A stretch of DNA of 62,984 bases, the filler included, from Platydemus manokwari (Eukaryota): the NCBI GenBank assembly GCA_037951405.1. It is 5 parts of 5 records of this genome, joined end to end, with 100 filler letters (N's around TTAATTAATTAA, not from the genome) between each part and the next. Parts side by side here need not be neighbours in the genome. Positions count along the whole stretch, not along the records: positions 35,162 to 45,407 come from JBBMOY011154326.1; positions 45,508 to 62,984 come from JBBMOY011044411.1; 3 more parts are not named here. The stretch is one strand, 5' to 3'. The notes under the pieces are model-generated. The model saw nothing but the letters and a program-made list of their open reading frames with translations, had not been told where the DNA came from and searched no databases. Shown here one piece after another: positions 40,260 to 53,329 of this stretch (positions are counted from its first letter, which is position 1; the number at the start of each line of letters is the position of its first letter). Position numbers and translations under genes: made by a program.

Positions 40260-40610
40260 ATGAGCGAATCTCAAAACATATTGAATCCATCTTTTAACAT
40301 GCATCGAAGCTCCGTTAGTCATACACCGGAACGTCAATTTCTCATGGCTGTCGAACGAAGCGATATTTCAACAGTGAAGTTTTATTTGGATAATGCAGGG
40401 ATTTTGAATTTCAATATTAATTGTCGTGATTCATTGGGACGTAATGCTGTTCTGATTGCCATTGACAACGAACATACCGATCTACTACAATTACTTTTGC
40501 AATATGATCTAGATTTAAGTGATGCTCTTCTCCATGCTATTGATGAAGAACATCTGGAATCTGTGGAATTGATAATAGTAGCTCAATCAACCAAAGCTGA
40601 AGAAAAGAAT
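40260..40610 (+). CDS. TRPC-family (TRPC4/5 / TRP-gamma-like) channel, first coding exon (ankyrin repeats, 117 codons)
   Basis: ERQFLMAVERSD...NINCRDSLGRNAVLIAIDNEHTDLLQLLL...DALLHAIDEEHLESVELII matches the TRPC N-terminal ankyrin region. In-frame TAA at 40251, then a canonical GTAAGT donor at 40611 (phase 0). Confidence 0.93.
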
Positions 40611-43239
40611 GTAAGTGATTTGATTATCTAATGATTGTAAAATAAATTGTAAAAACATTCTGAAATATTTAAAACTTTAAAATTAAATTCGTTTTTTGCT
40701 TTATAATATCGTAAATTTAAAACATATTTCATACTGAATGGTTAAGAATTATCAGTGTTTGAACATATTGGATGATGCGATTATATAATTTTAAGGTTTC
40801 ATTTTCATCATCTTTGTAAAATTCGATAACATATTGATAAGCAGCGGTTCTAAGATCAAGGGAAAATCTCACAAAAAATAACTTTATATGATCATTATGG
40901 TGATTTTAAAATTTAAATTGAAAAGATTTTATAAATTAATTTCAAAAGATATTAATTTCAAGTCGTTTCAATGCATGCTTTATACAGAATTTCCAATAGC
41001 TTTAACGGATCGATGTTCAGCTATTTAAATTCATAGAAGCTTTATGTTCTGGTTTTTAATTTTTTTTAATTTTCGCTTGTTTTGTTTTTATTAGGATATT
41101 TTAAATTAATTTATTTAATTTGATGATTTATTAAATGATAATATTTCAATGCGTGAGAATTTAATTTAATTTTAAATTAAAAATATTTAATTTTGTATTA
41201 TTTGTTTAAAATGAAACGCGGTTTTCGATATAAAAACAAAAAAAATTCACTCTTTGTACTGATTAATTGAACTAAATGCGAAATATTTAGACTTCATTAA
41301 GGTATTTTGTCAAATGGTTTTGTATTTGCACAAAACCCAGTCAATTAAAACAAATAAATTTAGACAATGATATATACACATAATGTCTGACAGAAAATAA
41401 AACATAATGGAGTTCAGAAGAAATAAGACTCTTTCATAAATTAGATTATTTATATATTTTCAATTCGGAATTTAAAAGAAACGATTTTGTTTTATCGAAC
41501 TGAATTAGGAATGGAGAAACCAGAATTAATTTTTATTCATAATAAATAGAAAAATTATGCAAATCATAAATCAGAAACAATTTATTTCTAGTTTATTATT
41601 TTCTTACGAAAACAATAACAGTGGCAATATTTCTCATCAATTGAAATCGAAATTGAAACCAATCATGATTTATTATATTAGAAATAAGTGACTAAAAATT
41701 TCTTTCACAATGTTTGCTGTGGAGATTGAATAAATATACGATGATAATGGTGAGTCAAAATCTACAGTTTTGACATTAATTAGATGTTGGTATATTCGAG
41801 ATTCTATTCATTACTGATAATTAATAATCAAGCCCATGACTCATCGATATTTATCAAATATTTCGTTTGAAAATTTATCATAATTTGTAATAAACGAAAT
41901 TTTAAAACACCAACACATAAATTTGGATTTAGTCAGTAAAAATTAATCATTTTATTTTCTTAATACAATATTAATTAAAAATAACAACAATTAATGAAAT
42001 ATGATGTTCGAATTTTAATTTTTAATTAAAAAAACTAGTAAATGGATTTGTTTTATTAGAAAATGTAGTAGAGATTTTACAATAATAGAAAACAAAATGA
42101 AATATATTATTTTCTAATGTATTGTACAAGTATATTCTTGAAAGTATTGGGATTTTTTGAAAGTAGAGACATCCTTAAAATATCCGAATGCTACCGATAA
42201 TTTATAAATAACACGGCTAATAGAAATGTGAAAAATAATAGATATTTGTCATCATTACAGATATCACAAACGTCACCATGACAGAGACATCGTTAAAAGT
42301 TCATTTTGCGTCTGTTGGTATTGGAGAATCTAGTTTCAAATGGATATTTAAAAGATGTTAAAAGTAAAATAAAATATGGAAGCAATAACTTAGTCATGTG
42401 TGAGAATGTTTCATAGCGATTTGTAGTGAATACATAAAATATACGATAATAATGAAAAATTTTATACATGAACAATGACTGGCAGAGTTCTTTGGGGCTT
42501 TGGTGATCGAAGGTTTTTATAAAATTATTTATCTTATGAAAAAATTTAGTATTATTATCAGGTTTAGTTTTATTAAATAATAATTATTATCATGAAATGC
42601 ATTAGAAATAATAATAACTTTGGATTCAGGTATACATATGGTGAATTAAAATTCTTAACATGAGACCCAAATTATTTAAACAAAATATTTATAATTGTGA
42701 GGATTTTAAAGATTTCATTTTACTGATTCGTTTGTTTAAATAATTTGGTTAAATCTACTTTATGAGTTGAACCTCTGAAATAGCTTCCAATAATAATTTA
42801 ATTATCCAGTATTAGTTAAGCATTACGGTAATTATAATTATTTTAAGATTCATTATTAAGATCAAAAAAATGTACAATGAGGATGAATCTAAGAAGAGAA
42901 AAAAATAAATCAATAAAAGACTAACAATATTGAGAGTAAGAATTAACTAATAAGTTTAACATTTATTAAATTTAAAGGTCACGAAAGTGACAAGAAAGTT
43001 ATTATTGTAAAAATCTCAAACAAACATTTAATGACAGAGATTGAGTCATTTGTAATATTAAATTTATTACAAGATATGTATGAAAATCCTGTGAACGCAA
43101 ACGGTTTAAATTTATAAATTGATTTAGTATTACCACATACAGTGGTCATGGTTTATTGCATGAATGAATCCGTAAATTCTGCGCTTCGATAAATACAGTA
43201 CCAGAATTCCTTCAGACTAATTCGTAACCCAAGTATAAA

Positions 43240-43620
43240 TTAGTGCTGTGTCGTTTCAGTTCGTGTTCAATCCCTGTTTTAAAAATGGTAGCGGCTTAAA
43301 TGGCGACATCTCATCCGGATTCGATTCTGAGAAAATCAATGGCTGTAAATTATGGAAAAGAAGGAGGAAAACTATATAGAGAATATATAAAACAGATGTA
43401 GAGTAGATATGAAGAAGCTGTAAGAACGAGAGTAGAATAAGTTATTTTGACGAAGAGAATTATGTAGAATTTTCGATACAATGTTAATTTATAATACAAG
43501 GTAGATCAAACATTTTTAAAGGAAGGGGAGGGGAGCATATTGAAATTGAATTGCACTCTTGATGATTTAAATTTATTTATAATTTAATTTTGTTTAAAAT
43601 TATATTAATTTGTTTAAATA
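43240..43620 (-). repeat. Full unit of the ~355-bp repeat family (reverse orientation)
   Basis: TTTCAGTTCG...AAAATGGTAGCGGCTTAAATGGCGAC...GGATTCGATTCTGA followed by a purine-rich tract and GGGGAGGGGAG. Confidence 0.8.
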
Positions 43621-44048
43621 ATAGCATTTAAATACATAATTTAGTTTTGTGTCTTTTCGGCTCTTTTTCAAAAAGTATTAACGACTCATATTCCTAATCT
43701 TTAATCAATAATCACTCATTGACAATTCTATCAATTCCTGACAACAGGATTCTAATATAAAATATATTTTACATCAACTTGCTCCACGCGATGGTGATTT
43801 TGACATTTCCTATCCGAATACACCTTTTCCTTTATGTTGAATTTATTCTTGAAATTAGGACAAAATATTCGATTTTTTTTGTGTTTGTTTTCACTATCTG
43901 ATTGAAAATCAATATGAAATATTTTTTATTTTATATAACACGCTTCGAAAACAATCTGAAAAAAACTACGCCAAATCATCGATAATAAATAAATCCTCAC
44001 AAATTTAGTTAAATTTTAATATTTTCAAAATTAATATTATTTTTAAAA

Positions 44049-44059
44049 CTACTACTACT

Positions 44060-44126
<67 letters not shown>

Positions 44127-44156
44127 TTACTATTATTATTATTATTATTATTATTG
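44049..44156. repeat. Compound (CTA)/(TCATTA)/(TTA)n microsatellite
   Basis: Seen directly; it explains the poly-N ORF 44009-44191. Confidence 0.95.
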
Positions 44157-44811
44157 TTTATAGAACCCGTGTCAATAATTCTTAATCTCAATTAAAATTA
44201 AAATCTTTATTTCAAGCAATTCTTGGCTTAACGAAATATATTGATTTAATATGAAATTTGTGAAAAAAATGAAAGTTTAACTTAAAAGGAAAACGTAGGT
44301 AATGAGTAAGTCAATTTCTTAGCAACAAAGTGAGACATTTTAGGAGACATTTTATTTGTAAAAACAATACCTCGACTCAATTTCAATTGATAACACTGAA
44401 AATATTTTCAAATAAATAAATATTTTATATTTTATATTCGAAAAAAATATGTGAATGTCTGCCTGCTCAACAGTTGATAATCGCCATCTATTAAAACTTC
44501 AGTATTAGATGTAAACATAGATAATAAATAAATGGATAAGCGGTTAATGTAAATAGTGAGGAATGGCTCATAAACAAAATATAAGAGATATTATAATGGA
44601 TCTACATGTAATCTGTAATTTGATCCAGGAATTATTTTGAATCATTGTGATTACACTTCTTCTGACATGTTTATTCTTCTTTCTGTCACTAACTATTTAT
44701 TTCTCCAATCGAAAGAAACACATTTAAAACTCAAGCAAATTATCTAAACTTTATTGATAAAAATTTAAAAATTCTCAAAATCTTAACATGTGATGTTCAC
44801 AACTTTTATTA

Positions 44812-45142
44812 TATTATTATGATTTATTATGAATTATTATCATATTGTGAATTATTATTATTTTGTGAATTAGTATTATATTATTATGAATTATTATTAT
44901 CATATTATTGTGGATTAGTATTATTTTATTTTGAATTATTATATTATTATGAATAATTATAATATTATTATGAATTATTATAATATTATTATGAATTATT
45001 ATAATATTATTATGAATTATTATAATATTATTTTGAATTTTTATTATATTATTTTGAATTATTATAATATTATTATGAATAATTATAATATTATTATGAA
45101 TAATTATTATATTATTATGAATTATTATAATATTATTATGAA
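44812..45142. repeat. 21-bp minisatellite (TGAATTATTATAATATTATTA), ~15 copies
   Basis: Seen directly; it produces the spurious HNNIIII / MNYYNII ORFs. Confidence 0.93.
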
Positions 45143-45332
45143 ATATTGTCGGGATAATACCCATGCAGGCTGCAAGACTATAAACTATACACAATAATCC
45201 CATAAACTACATAATAATAATAATTATTATTATTATTAAAAACCAAAAACCCACATTAATAAAAATGTAGACGTGTGGGCAGAATTATATGAATAATAAC
45301 TATAAATTTTTTTCGATAAATTATTAATCTAC

Positions 45333-45397
45333 GTTGCCATGGCAATCCGAAATATAACCATAGGAATTCAAATTTAAATACAAATTGCCATGACAAC
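45333..45397. promoter_or_regulatory. Cluster of RFX X-box motifs
   Basis: GTTGCCATGGCAAT (45333-45346) and ATTGCCATGACAAC (45384-45397) are 13/14 and 12/14 matches to GTTGCCATGGCAAC. A weaker ATAACCATAGGAAT lies between them. Confidence 0.6.
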
Positions 45398-45407
45398 GGT
45401 GGATATT

Positions 45408-45507
45408 NNNNNNNNNNNNNNNNNNNNNNNNNNNNNNNNNNNNNNNNNNNNTTAATTAATTAANNNNNNNNNNNNNNNNNNNNNNNNNNNNNNNNNNNNN
45501 NNNNNNN
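45408..45507. other. Artificial assembly linker N44-TTAATTAATTAA-N44
   Basis: Same 100-bp structure as 10504-10603. Confidence 0.95.

Positions 45508-45570
<63 letters not shown>
45508..45570. repeat. (AAT)n microsatellite at contig start
   Basis: Seen directly in the sequence. Confidence 0.95.
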
Positions 45571-45571
<1 letters not shown>

Positions 45572-46464
45572 GTATTAATAATAAACATCTGTTAATACTG
45601 TTATCTTGTGTGTATGTTTATGTGTACACACATTTTTCTCTTATAATTGTATTAATTTTCCATTATAAATAGTTATATTTTCATTAAACTTATTTAATAT
45701 TTTTATTTATATTTACTCTATTCCAATATTTACATTGAGAGGATACAGATAACCCCACCATTGGTTATCGTGGTCACCACTAATTATTAATATAAATAAA
45801 TGTTCATTGAACATGGATAAATATTGAGATTAAAAATGTTATTGGTATAATCTACACACCGTGTCTTCTCTTTATCTCGTCATTTATTGGAGATTTAATT
45901 AAAACAAATTAATTAAATATTATTAGTATCGATTGGTGATTTATTAAATATTTTATAAACCGCCAACCAACGTATTTATGATCGTATTATTGTATTTTCG
46001 TTAATATTAAAATGAAGCACTTCAAAATGGAAACATTAAATAAACACAATAATCCTTCATTATCAAATGAATCAATGATAGTTCAGTTCTCGTTCAGTGT
46101 CAATTTCATCATCAGATTTCATGATTCTTTATTTTCATATATTTTATTTTTATTTGTTTTGTTTTAATTTATTAATTTTATCCGAAATTATACCAATATA
46201 TTGTGTATTGAATCGATTTAATATTAACGATTACGATATTAAATAGTTTTGACAAATATTGTTTACCTCTTGATATTGTGGTAACATTTTATAAAATCTC
46301 TACTTTATCCGATTTGTTTATTTCATGAATTCCGTGACAATCACTATTTATAACAAAACCACAATCGATTATTTACAATCCCAAAATAATGCTATGGCAA
46401 AACATTCTAAAAATAAATCTTAAAATATCTAAATGATAATTTACAGTGGATTCAATTTATGGTG

Positions 46465-47390
46465 TTTGCAAGCCGCTCCTTTTCTTATGAAACACTCATC
46501 AAAAACAAACTGAAAAAACACGAGATCTAATTATCTATTTAAACAAATTATTTTGATTTTATACAAAATGTAATCTTTAAAGATTTTATTCGATTTGAAA
46601 TGCTCACCCCCCTTCGTTGATTTTCTTTCTATTCTTAATTGGTATCGTATCGATTGCTTTCTTATTTATCTGCTCTCTGTTTTATATCTTCTCTACACCT
46701 TATTTATACCTACTTTATATCTACTCTACATCCACTCTACATCGTCTTTAAATCTTCTTTATATATTCACTATATAGTCTCAACATCTTTCTCTTTCTTT
46801 ACCGTAGTTGTCAGCCATTCATCTTCTCAAAATCGAATCCCGGTGCGTAGTAGCCATATAAGCAGCGACTATTTCAAAAAAGACACTCATCGAAAACGAA
46901 CTGAAAAGTCACGATATCAAATAATATTTGAATGCAATTATTTTAACAAATAAATTTAATTTTATATAAAATTAGAATTAAATTTCGATGAAAAATTGAC
47001 TTCATTTTGTTAATTGTCTCTATATCGAATATTCTACATATTTAATTACACGAAAACTCTGATTATTCTATCTTTGATATCCCTTTTTTATCTCTTCTAC
47101 AACTTCTTTATATCTTCCTGACATCTTCTTGACATGTTCTCAATATAGTCTCGATATATTCCTCTTTCTTTTCTATAATTTTCAGAATCGAATCCAGATG
47201 CGTGGTCGCTATGTTAGCCATTGCTATTTTATAAAAACCACACATTAAAAACGAACTCAAAAGTCAAGACACCACAAATCTCTTTTAATACAAATATTTT
47301 AAAAAATTAATTTAATTTTATATAAATATGATTTCATATAAAATTAGAATTAAATTAGAATTAAATTTCGATAAAAATTAATTCATATAA
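46465..47390 (+). repeat. Diverged tandem array (~2.5 units) of the ~355-bp repeat
   Basis: AATCGAATCC at 46831 and 47186 (period 355). AAGCCGCT-like cores near 46470, 46860 and 47215 are separated by pyrimidine-rich tracts. Confidence 0.82.
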
Positions 47391-49129
47391 AGGATCTCAC
47401 ACTCACATTGTTCATTTATCATTTGTCATCGCGTTTTTCGACAAAATCTATATTTGTTTTAATGAATCTTTGAGAAAATATATCACAGATATCACCAAAC
47501 ACTGTAAAAATATTTATAAAAAACGTTGTGTGTGTGTCGTAATAAGTTAAAGGTTCTAATAAAGAAATCGACCAAATCAAACAAGTCAATATTCGACTGG
47601 ATACCATTCGATTTATCATAGGAAATTAACTCACAAAATAAATCAAAAAAGATTTTGAGTTCAATTCAAACAAATCTATAAATGATGATGACATGAAAAA
47701 CTGATAATTGCACGATTCGAAACTTAATGAATGAAAATGACAAAGCACTTACATCAGCTGAAGACACAATTGAGATCGATGGGCAATCTTATCATTTGTT
47801 GGGCTGATGAAAAACAAGCCACTACAGATATTGATTGTTGCAAATGAATTGTTTTCCCCGCTATTCTCAACTTTAACATTCCTGTAACTTTCAACTACAT
47901 TCTTTTATTTAAAGCAAAATCAATAAATTCAGATAACATGAAGAAAACATGCAATTTGTGGAGAGAATTTCTAAAAGCTAGTAGACCACATAAAATTCCC
48001 AGTAATAACTCCAAAATTTAAATGCTTTGATAATAAGAATGACGGTCATTTCAGTAATGATTTCGTTAAGTAGTCAAAGTAGTATTAAAGTATGAATTGG
48101 TTAATTCTATTCAACGTGTTTGTAATCTGTTGTTTAAATGAAATGAAAAAAATCAATCGTAAAAATGACTGCATTTCTCATTTAGAAATCATAAGCTTTT
48201 TAATGGTTACAAAAATTATTTCTTTATCAGACTGGTATAATTCCGAATAAAAACTTTTCGAATCTCAGTTCTTCGGTTCCAGAAATTACTAATTATTCTC
48301 GATTGTCTGTCAGCGCTTCAAATACACAAGTGAATATCAAATAACCATGATTAACCAAACGACAGGTGACAGCAAAACCCGCGTATTACAAATCGATAAA
48401 TGACTTCATAAATCAATCAGCTTATAAGGCTCCATGAATTAAAACAATGAATTAGGGATTGAAAATCGATAAAATAACTTATTTTGCTATTCCGTTGTGT
48501 TTAGCACTAAATAAATGACATAATACAATACCGAGATGGGTATGTCAGTGAGAAATAGACAATGAATTAATTCTAATGGGTTTGTTGTTCTATTGATCGG
48601 TGGATGAAGAAGGGAATTTGGATTGACTTATAGATGTAGAAATTTCAATTACGGAACAAAATATTAAGGCTTCTGTGGAATGGTAAAAATCCTTTAAACT
48701 TTTCGTTACCACTATCATAATTATTATTATTTCTTGAATTCATTTCTTTGATGTATCAACTTTCTATCATTCTCATCTTTACTCTTCGTCGATGCCATCT
48801 TATTATCATAAATGTCGATATTATTAATATTATCGTAATAATAATAATAATAATTCTGACGATTTTCAAATGATAATCGAATCAATATTTTATTAAAAGT
48901 ATTACGTACAAGATTGGGTAGATTATTTGTAATGAATAGATATTTATTCTTCTCAATAGATATAGTATAATATTATGATTGAGACTATGATTAATTGTAA
49001 GGTTTATCGCAACCTATACGATAATAAAAATGATTCTTATTAATGTCCTAATGATTGACATATTATTTGTATTACTTACCATTATTATTTTTTATATCAT
49101 CATCATTATTATTATAAAGTAAATTTTTA

Positions 49130-49870
49130 AAGGCTCATCCCCCTTTCTTTCAAACGTTTCATCTTTCATATATTCCTCATTATTTCTGTGTTGAATTCTT
49201 CCCATCTTTGCCCACATGAAAATTTCTATTTCTATTCTCTTCTTTAAATTTTCTTTATTTTTTATAACTTCTCTACATCTTCCCAACATCTTTTCTATAT
49301 CTTCCTCCTCTTCTATACTTCCATGCCAAAGACCTTCTCAGTGCTCGTCGCCTTGTACGCCACCCCTAATTTATAAAAAACTGAAATGTTGCGGCACCAA
49401 ACATCTATTTGAAAACATTTATTTAAACAAATTACTAGATTTTGATATTAATTTGTATAACTTATTTAAATCTAAATTTTTAAGACCTCATATCCCCCTT
49501 TCTTTACAGTGTTTCATCTTTACAATATAATCCTAACTATTTAATTCTTCCAGTCTTTACCTAAATCAAAATTTCTATTTCTCTCTTCTTTAAATCTTCT
49601 TTATTTTTTTTATATATCTTCTCTATATCTTCTCATTTTTTCTTGATCTTCCTCCTCTTCTAAACTCTCAAGCTATAGACTTTTTCAGAATCGAATCCAA
49701 ATGTGTGCTCGTCGCCATGTAAGCCGCAACTATTTAATAATACACGCACTGACAATTAACGAAAAGTCATAACACCAAATTATCTATTTAAAAACTATTA
49801 TTAAAACAAATTATTATATTTTAATATTAGTTTATCAAACTTGTTTAAATTTAATTATTTCGAAACCTCA
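49130..49870 (+). repeat. Diverged tandem dimer of the ~355-bp repeat
   Basis: CTCAT(A)TCCCCCTTTCTTT...GTTTCATCTTT at ~49134 and ~49487; GTGCTCGTCGCC at 49341 and 49705. Confidence 0.85.
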
Positions 49871-52800
49871 CAATCACCGTTATCATTAACCATCTTGTTA
49901 TTATTGTTGAATTTCTGTCCATTACTCCAAATTGAAAAAACAATAAACGAAAATTTATAATTCGATAAGATTTCCATTTCCGATCAATTTGAAAAGAAGA
50001 AAACCTGCGGCGAAATAATTTTCAATGCGCAATTTTGAATCTCAAATATTCAATTGATATTCCATTCGGGTTGACATTTAAGAAAAATTATGAAAGTGCT
50101 TTTCTTTTATTGGATGTTCATATTTATGCCTGTCCATGAAAGGACGCAAAAAATCACACCAAATATATTTTCCATCTGGAAAATTGTCTGTCAAACGATT
50201 TTCTGCCGAACTTGAAACGAAAGTCAAACATCATTTTCCTGATATCATATTGATTTAACCAACAAAATATATTCATGGATCAACAGAAATTTGTGATAAA
50301 AAAACCCAACTCGGTTGAAATCAAATTTCTGCGATAATTAAAAATGAATTAAATTTCGTTACTTTTTACTACGTATCTCCATTCGTTGTTTCGCTTTGTA
50401 AAAATCGAATAAAAATTCATTAAAATAAATAAAATGGAAATATATTTGCTTGTATTCTGGGATTTATCCTGATAAGATATGTAGCGAGCATTGTTTATCA
50501 TATCGGTTGTCAGAATAAATAAATAATTTCTTCAACATCAGTTTTCAGTTCGAGAGTTGAGTATCGAATATTCCATCAATAAAATGATGTAGCTATTAGA
50601 AATTTTATTTTTTTTCAGAATTTTCTTGCAAAAAAAAATATTCGTCGATATCATTTGAATAAACGAACGGATAATAAATCATTTCTACATAACTATTTTT
50701 TCTTCTATGGAAACCGAACTTGTCATCTGGTATAGAGAAGCTCGTATATGATATTCACAGAATCAATTATCATTCCACAATATAATCTAATAATATAATT
50801 TAATTTCTACTGCAAGCTTTCGTAATAGATTTATATCTTGTTTAATTCTTTCCTTTCCCTCACCGAGAAACGCTTATTTTTCCCACACGACAATAAATTT
50901 ACAAAATCCATTAATACAATATAATACACCCATTAAAATCGGTAAATTTACTAAAAGCTCATAGCCTGTTAACAAAATTAATATTTTATTTTTAAAAATG
51001 GTTTTTTTGATTTAAAGATGGCATCAATAATTTGGGTATTTCAACTGTGGTTTCGTTTTTGCAAAAATTTTCTTGTCTCATAACAAATATCGATTTAATA
51101 AAGATTACTCACAACCTATAGGTTGTATCACACCCATTACGTATCATATTCTATTGGCAGGGTTTGCGAATAATTAAGCCTGCCAATAGAAAACTAATGC
51201 GTTTAAAAATTGAAAGCCAATTGCAATTTCAGCTGCGTCACCTTCATTATAAAACCATGAGTCATCGACATTTCTTGTTGAAGGATTTCCTTCAGTAATT
51301 GTGGAATACTTAATTTCTCATTGAAACCCATCTGAAAAACCAGATTAAACTGTATTAGTTGACACTAAATCTCTAATTGTAATTTCAAATCGTTATAAAA
51401 TTGTGATTGTAAAAATTGGAAACAATCGATCACGATCAATTGATAGAATTGTTTACTTATCGAATTTGTAAAAAATTCTCGAATTCATATATGAAAATTT
51501 AAAAAACAAAACGTCATAATCCACTAAGATGGAATGAATCACTCATTCTCCAAGGGCAGAAAAATAGCTAAAGGATAGAGTAAATCGTATCTCTGGTTTG
51601 TCAGTGTGTATGTTAACTCTCCAGTGACCTGATTACAGTGTATTGATTTAGTAAAACTATCCACTACATAATGAGACAGCCATCATACTAGTTGCTGATG
51701 TGTGTTTGTGTGTATGTTGTAAATGTGTACTGATTAAGTTGCTTGGATATATTGCGAATGGAACAGCTCATTGGATATGAGAAATCGATGTAGCGCAGCT
51801 TATGTTGTAATGAGAAAAAATGAATTCATTCTACTCAATATCTGACGATGAGGTTGATTTTTTCGAGTTCATTTTTTCCATTGCTCTCTCAGATGAACAT
51901 TGAAAATTAAATGATTTGAAACAGGCCTCTACTGCTTTTAATAATTAGGTGAACAAATATACGAACACACAGCAGTGTGAACAAATCTGCTCTAGGTAAA
52001 TTTGTAAAAACAATAATTATTTCCTACAGATAGTTCATTAGGGCTTTGCATTTCAAATTAATTTAAATTTAGCTTGTTAATAATGCCACCATTTTGAATG
52101 CTTAAATAATTCGTTAACGATTCTTTTTGTATTGTTCATATTGATGGAGCGATTTTCTTCGATTTTCACTCGGCTGCTTATAAGGAATTTCCAAACATTT
52201 TAAAACGAAATAATCAATGAAATTGTACTTTATTATGGAGAAATATAATTGTTAAGAACAAACAAATAATTATTGGAAAAGAACACATTTGATCACTGAC
52301 AGATAATTAACACCTTTTATTAAGTGATCTTTCTTAAAACCATAAGCTCATTAAAATCAATGTTAGCATTTGTTCTTTAAATAAACCATTAGTAAGAACA
52401 ATCTATTTAAATAAATTTAAACAATTTCTTATACTTTCTCTACACGTTCTGTTGAATAAAAAGTGAATCAAGCTAATTGTTACTTATTATAGTCAGTAGA
52501 TTATTCGTATTGATGAATTCGCACTATTTGACGAATTAGGACTCAAGTTGTTACCAATCGATTCCCATGTTTAAAAATGTATAAAATGATACATTTAAAC
52601 ATCCAAATATCACTTAAATGAATATAATCAATATTTCCCCAAATGAAAAATAAGTAAAAAATGTAAACATTAACTTTTAGAAAATTAGTTTGTTTATTCA
52701 CCAATTGTGTTAGACGTGTCGACAGAAATCGTGGAATCGCAAACTTTTGTGTATTCAAGATAAGATAAAATTTCCATTCAAACCGACTAAATTCATCACA

Positions 52801-53034
52801 GCCGATTTTGTGAGAAGGGTTTCTTTGAGTGTTCAAATGCAACGTGTACCGAAAACGATTTTGTCAATGATAAAGACAATGATCGAGAATATATCTATAT
52901 AACTTGAAGAATTATTAACCCGCCAGTGTTGTATAAGCAGAAGGCTAGCATTTAAAAATTCTTACAAACTCCTGTTATAAATTTGGTGTATATATAATTA
53001 AATAAATAATAATTCGTAATCTTGTAGGGTTTAC

Positions 53035-53329
53035 AAAAGGGGAGTCACGAGAAATTTCATTTTCCGACACTGACTTGTATTAAGACAAAATATCGATTGA
53101 ATTTTAAAGATCTGAGACCAACCATCAACAAAATGGAGCCACGATTTGATGGTTTATGCAAGAATATGCAAAATCGTTGTTATTATTAAATATATTTAAA
53201 TTTTTCGGTGTTTGAAAGAAGTTTTATTAAAAAGATCTATTTTATTACTTTTATTTTAGTCCCTAGGAGATCAGGAAAAAATGTCTACTCGTAAAGTGGG
53301 TCGCAACACAAAAATTGTGAAGACCGCGG
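53035..53329 (+). mobile_element. hAT (Charlie/Buster) 3' remnant: transposase C-terminus plus right end
   Basis: Frame from 53061 reads FPTLTCIKTKYRLNFKDLRPTINKMEPRFDGLCKNMQ, matching the Charlie/Buster FS.L..IKTKYR.RL...DLR..LS.IEPRFD.LC..KQ C-terminus. It is followed by AAGTGGGTCGC...AAAAATTGTGAAGACCGCGG, a Charlie-like subterminal/terminal sequence. Confidence 0.82.

Noticed and set aside
44817-45203. ORFs with HNNIIII / MNYYNII repeats as a repeat protein or neuropeptide precursor
   Set aside because: They are translations of a 21-bp AT-rich minisatellite, with no dibasic cleavage sites or coding context.
46465-49870. Regularly spaced repeat cores as a CRISPR-like array
   Set aside because: The period is ~355 bp, the spacers are homologous to each other, the context is eukaryotic and there are no cas genes.
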